NCBI GenBank assembly: GCA_022823085.1
Contig: JAJDXV010000070.1
Location: forward strand, 4,679 to 68,678
Length of the DNA stretch: 64,000 bases
DNA from: Candidatus Poribacteria bacterium
Lineage (GTDB): Bacteria > Poribacteria > WGA-4E > WGA-3G
Direction of reading: 5' to 3'
The translations under genes and the position numbers were made by a program. The notes below the pieces were generated by a model that searched no databases, was not told the origin of the DNA, and saw nothing but the letters and a program-made list of their open reading frames with translations. Shown piece after piece: positions 8,240-16,646 of this stretch. How positions within the stretch are numbered: position 1 is the first letter of the stretch; every line of letters starts with the position of its first letter.

Positions 8240-8806
8240 CTACTCGAAAAGTTGTGAGACCGGACAGGTAAACCCTGGCACGACATCTTCACCTGTGAGT
8301 GTATCTTCGCCCGTAAGCAGTGCCATATCTCTTTCGGAACGATAGACCGTCACCGTTTTGGAGCGGGGATCCAGCACCCAAACAAGGCGAGTTCCGGCGT
8401 TCAGATAGACAAACGCTTTGTCTACAACACGCCATTGAACGTCTGTCGGTGAAACCACCTCAATCGCCAAATCGGGCGGTATCGGAAAACCTCTGTTTTC
8501 GTCTCCATCCAATCGTGATGTTGAAACAAACGCCACGTCTGGTTTTAGCCCACGTTCACCCACCTGAAAAGTTGCCTCTACGTGGACCTCCCCTAATTGA
8601 TTCTCATCCACATGCCGATCCAAATACCGGATGACTTTTACACTAACCTTACTATGTATTCTCGTTGGTGGTGACATCGGCACTAATTTTCCTTTAACGT
8701 ATTCGTATCCGTCTACATCGTTCTCAAGAAATTCCGCCAACGTCATGGAGGCCTGCTCTGGTGCGCGAGTCCCTTGTGCAACTTCGTGGAGTTCTTGTTG
8801 GGTCAT
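8240..8806 (-). CDS. Uma2-family (DUF820) putative endonuclease
   Basis: ORF 8240..8881 trimmed to M26 (AGGGGA RBS). YEYVKGKLVPMSPP, KPDVAFV and PDLAIEVVSP are the Uma2 PD-(D/E)xK-like motifs. Start uncertain. Confidence 0.7.
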   Translation of the reverse strand: MTQQELHEVAQGTRAPEQASMTLAEFLENDVDGYEYVKGKLVPMSPPTRIHSKVSVKVIRYLDRHVDENQLGEVHVEATFQVGERGLKPDVAFVSTSRLDGDENRGFPIPPDLAIEVVSPTDVQWRVVDKAFVYLNAGTRLVWVLDPRSKTVTVYRSERDMALLTGEDTLTGEDVVPGFTCPVSQLFE

Positions 8807-8920
8807 GTTTTCATTCCCCTGTGCCTCTGTTCCTGAGTGCTCTGTGAGGTTTATTGTACCATCTAACGTTGTGTTTGTCAAGAGAGCGTTAGGAGGTTAT
8901 GCGTTGTGGTGCGTTTTTTG

Positions 8921-11311
8921 CTATACCAATCCGCCGCGTTTTCTTAGGAACCATTCAAATCCGAGGAGTGCGATGACGGCTCCAAAGATGAGCGGTATAT
9001 CCCAGATATCGACATCGGTTATTTTTGAGGTTGCGCTTTCGACGAGTGGTATCTGGTTGACGAGTTGGTCTGCGTCCGCCATGGCGTAATACTTCCCGCC
9101 ACTTCCTTCAGCAAGCGTTTTGAGAAGTGCGACGTTAAGTTCGGCGTTACTGAATTCAGCATAGGATGCTTTCACCTCGAAGAGGGTCTGTTGTTCACCG
9201 AGGTTTTCGCCGTCAAGGGTCCCGGTTGCGGTGACGATGTATTCCCCGTATCTGTTCGGGATAAAACGGGCGGTGTAGCGTCCATCTTCACCGAGGACCT
9301 GCTCGAGTCTTAATTCTTTGCGTTTTCCTGCTTCGTCAATGACCACGGCTCGGATTTTGGCGTTGTTCGTCAGTTGGAACTGTTCGTCTGTTGCAGTAAC
9401 CTCAATCACGACGGGTTCTTTCAGTGTGTATGCTGTTTTTGCGATGTCGAGTTGAATATGTTCTTTCGGTGCGGTTGTCAGCCATCTCGCTGTTTGTCTC
9501 CAGAATCGTTCATGGCTATCGTCTTCAAGGGGTTCCAGCATTTGCCATCGCCACGAAGTGTGCGGTGTGAAGACCATCACGCGTCCGGCGTTGTAATTAT
9601 GGATTGCGATGAGGATCCGATTTCCGAATTCGTTCCGATCGGTCGGATGTTCCGCCAAAATGAGAGCCCCCGCCTTGGCGCGTTTGACTTTGCTATAACC
9701 GATGAGCGGTACGAGGTCCGTCCAACGTTTCAGATTATCCACCGGGTTATCAGAGAGTGCCATCAAATTTTCGACCTTCCCCTCTGGTGTCAGTTGCAGT
9801 TTATATCCTCTGTTTTGGGAAGAGGTGCGTGAACCTGAGCGCAATCTGGTCCGTCGTTCGGGTAGCGGTGCGGGCGGGGGGCCGAGTTCCAATTCTATTG
9901 GTAAGCACTGGGCAATCGGTGTGTTGATATAAGATTTAGCGAGTTCGTGATTTCCCAACGAGTTTGAACCGCCTAACATAAGCAATCCGCCGCCTCGGGT
10001 GCGTACAAATTCGAGGGTGTTCTCAAGTTGCGTCGATGTAAATTCGGAGGCATCTACATTGCCGAAGATGATGGCATCAAAATCAAAGAGTGTATCTTTA
10101 TCATCAGGATAAAAACCGAAGTCGTGTGCCGTTGTGGTGCGTGTGCCCATGAAGTGTCGTCCTTCACTACTGGTGCTTGTCAAAATTCGGTCTGTTAATT
10201 GGATGTTGGGATCTTTTTTTAATGCGCGTTTTATTTGCGCAAATTCGGTACGAGGCCTGCCATCGACGAACAGGATTTTCACACGTTTGGTAGGTGCGAC
10301 CTTCAAGAGAAACGTCTTGGTGTTGTTCTGTGGTACTGCTTCTGTTTCGTCTAACGCTGCGTGTACCTCAAATTTTTGCGTGCCAGCTTGACGAGGCGTG
10401 AATTTCAGTGCGACGCGCTGTGTTTTTACGTCATTGGTTGTATCTGTTCCACCGAGTTGCGGTATCCAGGAAGAGTCTTCATCCATGTTAACGGTTTCTG
10501 TTTTCAGGATCCGTCCGTTGCTGGTGAGTTGGAGGTTCACCTTTTTTCCGTTGAACCCTTTCCGTTTTAGGGTTGCCCATATTTCAACTGGAAAGTCTTC
10601 TTCAGCGGTGCGTGGGACATCAAGTTTAACGATTTCGAGGTCTGGTGTCCCGGCTTCTGAACCGATACCGACAGTATGGATCGGCAGTTTCCGTTCTCGC
10701 ATTTGCATCGCGAATTTCGTCGTGTCGGCACCGCTTCTGTCTACGCCATCTGTCAGAAGAACAGCACCGGAAAGTGGAATGCCTTGGAGATCGTCGAGTG
10801 CTTCGTTCAAAGCCTGTGGGATGTCTGTGCTTTCGCCTTCTGCGCGGGTCAATGCCTCGTTTGGAATGCGTTTTGCTGCGGTATCAAAAGCGAAGAGTCG
10901 CACTTTGAATTTGGCGTTTAGTTGTTCGAGGAGGCCATCTCCTTGCGTAAAAAGCAGGTTGTTGACACGCTGCATCCGTGTCTCTGAATCAGCAGTGTCA
11001 GTGATTTGCATGCTCTTGGACTGGTCAACCATTACCAATAGGTAGGAGTCGTCGGGATTTGTTTGGTAGATTGTTAGGAACGGTTTGAGTAGACAGAAGG
11101 CGAGCAGACAGAGAACGACGGCACGGAGAAAGATGAGAAAACCGCGGAATCCGCGTTGGGTGCGTCCGTGTGTGGTGCGATATGACCATATCGTTGTGGC
11201 GATAAGTGCGACGAGCAGAACGGCGATTAGGAGCCCTGGCAGCGGTACCCCAAACGAGAAATTTCCTTCTCGAAAAACGTCAATGGGGTACTTCATTATT
11301 TTTTCAAACAT
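8921..11311 (-). CDS. Large transmembrane VWA-domain protein (BatA-like N-terminus, GATase1-like middle domain)
   Basis: 796 aa. N-terminal TM pair, MIDAS-like LVMVDQSKSM, region ILFVDGRPRTEF...FDAIIFGNV...GGGLLMLGG, and a C-terminal TM helix. Confidence 0.7.
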   Translation of the reverse strand: MFEKIMKYPIDVFREGNFSFGVPLPGLLIAVLLVALIATTIWSYRTTHGRTQRGFRGFLIFLRAVVLCLLAFCLLKPFLTIYQTNPDDSYLLVMVDQSKSMQITDTADSETRMQRVNNLLFTQGDGLLEQLNAKFKVRLFAFDTAAKRIPNEALTRAEGESTDIPQALNEALDDLQGIPLSGAVLLTDGVDRSGADTTKFAMQMRERKLPIHTVGIGSEAGTPDLEIVKLDVPRTAEEDFPVEIWATLKRKGFNGKKVNLQLTSNGRILKTETVNMDEDSSWIPQLGGTDTTNDVKTQRVALKFTPRQAGTQKFEVHAALDETEAVPQNNTKTFLLKVAPTKRVKILFVDGRPRTEFAQIKRALKKDPNIQLTDRILTSTSSEGRHFMGTRTTTAHDFGFYPDDKDTLFDFDAIIFGNVDASEFTSTQLENTLEFVRTRGGGLLMLGGSNSLGNHELAKSYINTPIAQCLPIELELGPPPAPLPERRTRLRSGSRTSSQNRGYKLQLTPEGKVENLMALSDNPVDNLKRWTDLVPLIGYSKVKRAKAGALILAEHPTDRNEFGNRILIAIHNYNAGRVMVFTPHTSWRWQMLEPLEDDSHERFWRQTARWLTTAPKEHIQLDIAKTAYTLKEPVVIEVTATDEQFQLTNNAKIRAVVIDEAGKRKELRLEQVLGEDGRYTARFIPNRYGEYIVTATGTLDGENLGEQQTLFEVKASYAEFSNAELNVALLKTLAEGSGGKYYAMADADQLVNQIPLVESATSKITDVDIWDIPLIFGAVIALLGFEWFLRKRGGLV

Positions 11312-11330
11312 TTTTTAATTTTTTGCCTCC

Positions 11331-11373
11331 TGGGCTGCGCTCCACTACGTTCCGCGCAGGTTTCCTGTTAATT
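11331..11373 (+). repeat. 43-bp perfect direct repeat, copy 1
   Basis: tgggctgcgctccactacgttccgcgcaggtttcctgttaatt, identical to 11461-11503. Contains CTGCGC-N13-GCGCAG with CTAC in the loop. Confidence 0.9.
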
Positions 11374-11460
11374 CTGAGGTTCTTCTTAAAATCACGTAGG
11401 TTTCTTAACGCTTCAAGACGGACACAACACGCTTTTACCGAGTGCTAACCAACGATCATT

Positions 11461-11503
11461 TGGGCTGCGCTCCACTACGTTCCGCGCAGGTTTCCTGTTA
11501 ATT
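11461..11503 (+). repeat. 43-bp perfect direct repeat, copy 2 (overlaps the stop codon of the Gfo/Idh/MocA gene)
   Basis: Identical to 11331-11373, with an 87-nt unique spacer between the copies. Confidence 0.9.
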
Positions 11504-12487
11504 TTGCACAGGGACCTTGATATACTGACCGGTATGTGCGGATTCGTGTAATGCGTCAATGGCGCGCATATTTCCGAGTGCGTCTGTTAGTGGTAGACGG
11601 GTCGGTTCGCCTGTTTCCATTGCGTGACATAAGTTCAAAATTTCAGCGGCAAAGGGGTTCACACCGTTCACTGTAACGGTTTCGCCGTTCAGAGTAAAGT
11701 GTGCCTCGCCTTCAGCATTCCCCCAAGCACTTTGAACAGAGAGCGTCCCCTCTATGCCTGTGATTTCATAAGATTCGCGCCAGGTCCACCCGAAACTACA
11801 GTCGAATTGTCCGGTAACACCGTCCCCAAAATCTAAGGTTCCGATGAGGGTTTCCCAGACGTTATTGATCGCTTCAAATTTACCAGTTGCCCAAACGGAT
11901 TGCGGTTCTCGACCGATGAGATAACGGATGATGTTGATGCAGTAGCATCCTAAATCCATGATGGCACCGCCGCCGAGGTCGCCTCTTAATCGCCAATTCG
12001 TTCTATCGGTAAGTCCTGTTGAGAAGGTGGATCGTGCGTAGCGGACCTCTCCAATTGCACCTTCTTCAACTTTCTGTTTCACGGCGAGTGTCAACGGGTG
12101 ATGTCGGTACATGAACCCTTCCATCAATAAGATATTGGCGCGTTCTGTAACTTGGATCATCTGTTCGAGCTGCGTGGATGTGACAGCGATCGGTTTCTCA
12201 ACGAGTACGGCTTTGACCGCACAACGTACTGCCTCCAACACATTTTTGAGATGGCTTGCGGGCCATGTCGCGACCACTAAGACATCGGGCTGCTGTTTTT
12301 CGAGCATCTGTCGGAGGTCGTTGTAAGTGTTTTCAACGTTGAATTCGGTGGCAAAGCGAGCGAGCGATTCAAATTTCTCGTCGCATGCGCCAACGATTTC
12401 AATCTCTGGCAGATTACGCCATGCGTTGCCGTGTGCGTGAGAGATGCCGCCGCACCCGACAATTGCCACTCGGTGTTTTTTCGCCAT
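11498..12487 (-). CDS. Gfo/Idh/MocA-family oxidoreductase
   Basis: 329 aa. N-terminal Rossmann RVAIVGCGGISHAH and an EKP motif (VLVEKPIA). Confidence 0.85.
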   Translation of the reverse strand: MAKKHRVAIVGCGGISHAHGNAWRNLPEIEIVGACDEKFESLARFATEFNVENTYNDLRQMLEKQQPDVLVVATWPASHLKNVLEAVRCAVKAVLVEKPIAVTSTQLEQMIQVTERANILLMEGFMYRHHPLTLAVKQKVEEGAIGEVRYARSTFSTGLTDRTNWRLRGDLGGGAIMDLGCYCINIIRYLIGREPQSVWATGKFEAINNVWETLIGTLDFGDGVTGQFDCSFGWTWRESYEITGIEGTLSVQSAWGNAEGEAHFTLNGETVTVNGVNPFAAEILNLCHAMETGEPTRLPLTDALGNMRAIDALHESAHTGQYIKVPVQN

Positions 12488-12566
12488 AAGACTTTCTTAT
12501 ACGCCTTCCGTTATTGTGTCATCGTTTTTCGCGTCAAATTCAGCACCTATTTTCGGTATTTGTGCA

Positions 12567-13538
12567 TTATAATGAGGCGATCTCTACGGGTCTGTTTTCT
12601 TGTGCGGAGAGGTTTGCTGCGAGCGATATTGCGAGCGTTTTGACGGCATCGGTGTATGGACTCAAAATCTGAGAACCATCACCGCTACGGACTGCGTCTA
12701 CAAAGACTTGGTCAATCGTTGGTCCGGGTTCTGTTTTGTCCACCCATTCGCCATTTTCATGTACCGAGACTTTTGATGGATTCCAGTTCAAGAGTTCTTT
12801 TTCATAGAGGATATCCAAGATGTTGGCGTTTGACCAGTCGCCTGCGTATGCCCAGGCTGCTGTGAGTGAACCGACGGCACCATTGCTGAATTGGAGGCTA
12901 ACGCTGTTGCTGTCTGGGCAATCGATCTCTTTCAACACGCGATTCGCCTGCATGGCGTAAACCGCTTCCACTTCGCCGACGAGATTACGCATCATATCGA
13001 TTGTGTGTGTCGCTTGTTCGACCAACTGACCGCCAGATTTGTTCATTTGTCGTAGCCAACCGTCTGGGCTACCGATCCCGGTGCCGCACCAATATTTGCC
13101 GACGACCATGTTAATTGTCTTGTCCTTCAGGATTTCTTGTGTGATCCGAGTTGAACCGAGATAGCGAAGTTGGTAACCGACACAGGTTATCAGCCCCGCT
13201 TTTTTGACAGCTGCTTCGATTTCATGCGCGATATCCATATTGATAGCGACCGGTTTTTCAACGAGGAACGGTAAGCCGCGTGCGATAACGTCAAGTTCGG
13301 GTTGCCCGTGTACAAAAACTGGCAGACTCAGGTAGATTGCATCTAAATCGTCGCGTTCGAGCAGGTCTTGGTGAGCAGTGTAGGGGTCCGCGTTATGTCG
13401 TTCCGCTGCGTTTTGTGCGCGCGCTGGATCAATGTCGCATATACCGACGATGCGGGCACCTTCAATTCCGGCTAATTGGTTCATGTGCCCACTTGCATTA
13501 CCACCAGCACCGATGAACCCTATTTTAACTTCTTTCAT
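12567..13538 (-). CDS. Gfo/Idh/MocA-family oxidoreductase
   Basis: 323 aa. KIGFIGAGGNASGH and FLVEKPVA. Confidence 0.85.
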   Translation of the reverse strand: MKEVKIGFIGAGGNASGHMNQLAGIEGARIVGICDIDPARAQNAAERHNADPYTAHQDLLERDDLDAIYLSLPVFVHGQPELDVIARGLPFLVEKPVAINMDIAHEIEAAVKKAGLITCVGYQLRYLGSTRITQEILKDKTINMVVGKYWCGTGIGSPDGWLRQMNKSGGQLVEQATHTIDMMRNLVGEVEAVYAMQANRVLKEIDCPDSNSVSLQFSNGAVGSLTAAWAYAGDWSNANILDILYEKELLNWNPSKVSVHENGEWVDKTEPGPTIDQVFVDAVRSGDGSQILSPYTDAVKTLAISLAANLSAQENRPVEIASL

Positions 13539-13555
13539 TTCTACCTCTATCCTAT

Positions 13556-13622
13556 AAGACTTACGTATTATTTTCGTAGGCGAGGCTTATAACCCCGCTT
13601 GCAAAGGGGTTGCGTAAGTCTT
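13556..13622 (+). repeat. 67-bp element with AAGACTTACG / CGTAAGTCTT termini (short relative of the 119-nt family)
   Basis: 10-bp terminal inverted repeat related to AGGACTTACGCA. Interior holds GTAG and the hairpin AACCCC-gcttgcaaa-GGGGTT. Confidence 0.6.
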
Positions 13623-13669
13623 GTTTTTTATAGATTTGAACAGAACTGTTGTTGAACAGTTCGTGAAAT

Positions 13670-14881
13670 TTAGCGTGCTTTAAAATTAACTTGCAGTGCT
13701 TTTTCGATGTCATCGCGTGGATGTACACCAAACTGTGCTTCAAAGTTTCGGTCGAACGCCTCCTCTTCAGCGGGGTCAGCTTCAAGAGGGAGTTCAACGG
13801 GTTGTCGGTTCACCTGGATGGATCGATGTGCGGCGATCACCATTTCCTGATCGGCTCTGCCCATCTCTCCTGTCCATAACGGTTTTGTATCCTCTCGTAC
13901 GGCGCGTGCGATACCGTCAAGCATTGTTGCCAAAGAGATACCGCTTTCTGCTATTGTCGTTCCGTGATAGGGATTTATCCATTCAACGGTCCCGCCTAAC
14001 GATGCTGGGAGTTCGACAAATATCCGTCGTAGTATACCATTTTCACTGTATTCTCTTTGGAATTCATAAGTCTGTGCTTTTCCGCCGTTTAGTAGGTCTT
14101 CATCTGTGCAAACGTTGACTGTCTCACCGCCGGTGGCACTCTGATTTCCGTTAGTGATGATTGTGCCGCGCTCACCGCAGGTCTCAAAACCGACGAGTTT
14201 GTTCCGTCCGAGACAGCCGTTTTTGTTCCCGACCATGGCGATGCCGAGTCCGCCGTTGTCAAAATCTACGGCATAAAATTCGAGGTTTTCGCGATTGAAA
14301 TCTCGCTTTGCTCGGTCAACGTAGGGCGTAACGGGCATTGTATGTCCGACACTACTGACAGCTCTCGGATTGGCATCCATCCGGCACCGTATCGCGGCGA
14401 GTCCGTGGTAGCCGGTTGTCGAAAAGAGCCGATAACACTTGTGGACGTTCCCAATGACCCCTTCTTGAATGAGTTTACAGACGAACTGTTCGACAGGGAC
14501 AAACGGGAAGTTCTCGGATGTCTGGAGTTTCACACTGTTTTCGGTGGCATCGGCGATCATCATATCCATTAGACCGAGCGTCGGTGCAAGTCCTGTCTCC
14601 ACGTTGTGTGGTATACCGCGTCGGGAGAGGTAGCACGAGACGATGTGATGTAGTTGGACAGGTACGACGACATCACAGACATCGGGTGCGATTTCATCAA
14701 CCATTTTTCGGACATCGGTGTAGGCTTTAACACCGAGTTTCGCTGCGCCTGCCTCTGCGGATTCTGGGTGTGCGTCACACACGGCGACGACCTCAAAAGC
14801 GTCCTTTAATGTTGCGGCTGTTGACAGGTGCGCTGCACCGCGTCTGCCGTGGCCGATCAAAGCATATTTTAGACGTGACAT
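13670..14881 (-). CDS. Gfo/Idh/MocA-family oxidoreductase (long form)
   Basis: 403 aa. KYALIGHGRRGAAH Rossmann opening. Family-level call only. Confidence 0.7.
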   Translation of the reverse strand: MSRLKYALIGHGRRGAAHLSTAATLKDAFEVVAVCDAHPESAEAGAAKLGVKAYTDVRKMVDEIAPDVCDVVVPVQLHHIVSCYLSRRGIPHNVETGLAPTLGLMDMMIADATENSVKLQTSENFPFVPVEQFVCKLIQEGVIGNVHKCYRLFSTTGYHGLAAIRCRMDANPRAVSSVGHTMPVTPYVDRAKRDFNRENLEFYAVDFDNGGLGIAMVGNKNGCLGRNKLVGFETCGERGTIITNGNQSATGGETVNVCTDEDLLNGGKAQTYEFQREYSENGILRRIFVELPASLGGTVEWINPYHGTTIAESGISLATMLDGIARAVREDTKPLWTGEMGRADQEMVIAAHRSIQVNRQPVELPLEADPAEEEAFDRNFEAQFGVHPRDDIEKALQVNFKAR

Positions 14882-14983
14882 TTCGTCCCTCCAACTTCAG
14901 TTATCGGGTGAGTTGACCGTGAAGAACATCCGAGCAAAACAGCTTACGGTTAACGTCCGTTTGTCTTCAAAGTAGATGAAGCA

Positions 14984-15931
14984 TTAGTGAACGCATTGGT
15001 AGCCGGTTGCTTCAAGATTTGCTCGAATTTTGTCTATTTCGGTTTTCGAGAGTTGACGGAGCGGTCGGCGCATTGTCATTGACGGGAATCTGCCCATTAG
15101 CCAGCGTGCACATTTCATTCGCTGGTGTGCGTCGCTGCTCGGTTCACCGAAGTTGTAAACAATCCGTGCGAGTGCGTCTACTTGACTGCGTGCTTTCCGT
15201 GCGCCGATGAGATCATTATTGAGTGCGGCGTGGACGACATCCACCATAAGTTCAGGTACAAATCCAGCGAATCCGATGAGTGCGCCGTCACTGCCTTCGA
15301 GGAGCGAAGCGAGCAGATATTCATCGTGGCAGGTCAAGACTGGGACCTCCGGTGCGGCTGCTTTGAGTTGTTCGTAATCCCATCGCCAGCGTGCCATATC
15401 GCGGGTGCCCATTTTGATACAAACGACTTGTGGGATTTTGACCATCTCCAACATCTCTTCGAGGCTGTAGCCTGCTTTTGTCCATGCGGGATATTGGTGT
15501 ACGATGATCGGTATATCCGCGCCTTCGGCGACATCTTGAAAGAAACCGACTGCGGTTTCCGGTGTTCTCCCGAAGCGTAACCAATGATGTGCGGGCATCA
15601 ACAGAATGGCATCTGCGCCGGCTTCTTTCGCTGCGAGTGCGTCGTCAATTGCTGGAAGGCTGCCTTCTGCACTCACCCCTGAGACGACTTTGACTCGGTC
15701 CGCAACTGCTTCGGCGGTCATCCGCGTTACGTGTTGTCTTTCATGGAGGCGGAGTGACATGATTTCACCGGTGTGTCCGTTACAGACAACCCCTTTTATG
15801 CCTGGAACCCTTGCGAGTTCCTGCATGTACTCGCGCAATCCGGCTTCGTCAATGGATTCATCTTCATGAAACGGGCAGAGCGTTGCCGGAAATACACCTG
15901 CCCATGGATGGTGTTGCCAATTCAGTTTCAC
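14984..15931 (-). CDS. DapA/DHDPS-family class I aldolase
   Basis: 315 aa. GVVCNGHTGE (GxTGE-like), Schiff-base Lys context VVCIKMGTRD. Substrate not assignable. Confidence 0.7.
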   Translation of the reverse strand: MKLNWQHHPWAGVFPATLCPFHEDESIDEAGLREYMQELARVPGIKGVVCNGHTGEIMSLRLHERQHVTRMTAEAVADRVKVVSGVSAEGSLPAIDDALAAKEAGADAILLMPAHHWLRFGRTPETAVGFFQDVAEGADIPIIVHQYPAWTKAGYSLEEMLEMVKIPQVVCIKMGTRDMARWRWDYEQLKAAAPEVPVLTCHDEYLLASLLEGSDGALIGFAGFVPELMVDVVHAALNNDLIGARKARSQVDALARIVYNFGEPSSDAHQRMKCARWLMGRFPSMTMRRPLRQLSKTEIDKIRANLEATGYQCVH

Positions 15932-16023
15932 AACTCTTTCCTCTTGTTTGTGATCTTGTTACGGATTTTGCAAGGCGCGTTGGATTATAAAATTCCGTAA
16001 GATTTTCATTTACTGCTATTTTA

Positions 16024-16049
16024 ACTTGATTTTGCAAGTAAAATCAAGT
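16024..16049. promoter_or_regulatory. 26-bp palindrome in the divergent promoter region (candidate operator)
   Basis: ACTTGATTTT-gcaagt-AAAATCAAGT, perfect 10-bp arms, between the divergently transcribed dapA-like gene and ccmE. Confidence 0.4.
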
Positions 16050-16117
16050 ATTATTTTAAATAGAAGAATTCAGTCCGCCGGTACGGTCGGAAAATCAGTC
16101 TACGGATTCGCGTTTAA

Positions 16118-16582
16118 ATGGAGGGTGTGCAGGTGAAAAAACAGAACAGGTTCAAAATCGTCGCTGCGAGTGTCATGTTGCTGGGGGGTATGGTTTTTTT
16201 GGTGGTCGCTATGACGAGAAGTACAAGTATGCGGTATTTTACGCCAGCCTTGCTTGTGGCAGATGGCAGCAGCGCAGATAAGCAACAGGTCCAAGTTGAT
16301 GGGCTCATTGCAGAGGGCAGTTCTAAATGGGATGCTGCTAATTTTGTGCTGACTTTCGCTATCCGGGACCGGGAGACCGATGCAACGGTCAATGTAATCT
16401 ATAAGGATCAACTTAAACCGGATAACTTTACGGATGGTGGTAGCGTTTTCGTCGAAGGTGAGTATGATGCATCGCAGAACCTTGTTGTGGCGACGAAACT
16501 CATGACGAAGTGTGCCTCGAAATACGATGGTGCAGAAAGTGCTGTGCCTACAGATGAAACTTCTTACAATTCTTCAGAGTGA
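16118..16582 (+). CDS. ccmE: Cytochrome c maturation heme chaperone CcmE, Cys (CxxxY) variant
   Basis: 154 aa. N-terminal TM anchor and OB-fold-like body. Tail LMTKCASKYDG aligns with E. coli LAKHDENY, with Cys in place of the heme-binding His. Confidence 0.8.
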   Translation: MEGVQVKKQNRFKIVAASVMLLGGMVFLVVAMTRSTSMRYFTPALLVADGSSADKQQVQVDGLIAEGSSKWDAANFVLTFAIRDRETDATVNVIYKDQLKPDNFTDGGSVFVEGEYDASQNLVVATKLMTKCASKYDGAESAVPTDETSYNSSE

Positions 16583-16646
16583 GAAAGACAGAGTGCTTGG
16601 TACTATTTTCTTTCAACAATACTTTATTTAGGAGACACATAAACGC

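Noticed and set aside
10398-11045. Long antisense or alternative-frame ORFs inside well-supported genes (for example 10398..11045, 993..1412, 31265..31837, 35419..35784, 54290..54811, 55110..55688)
   Set aside because: Each is fully embedded in a gene with clear family motifs on the other strand or in another frame. They have Ser/Arg/Pro-rich low-complexity translations and no RBS. They are typical shadow ORFs of moderately GC-rich coding DNA.
5175-11311. MoxR ATPase and VWA protein as a functional MoxR-VWA operon
   Set aside because: They are separated by three unrelated genes (sulfatase, membrane protein, Uma2). No DUF58 gene is present. The intergenic regions carry repeats, so linkage cannot be asserted.
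11331-11503. Possible mini-CRISPR array (two identical repeats with a unique spacer)
   Set aside because: There are only two units. The repeat is 43 bp and the spacer 87 nt, both outside typical CRISPR dimensions. No cas genes are in the window, and one repeat overlaps a gene's stop codon. It is treated as an intergenic direct repeat instead.
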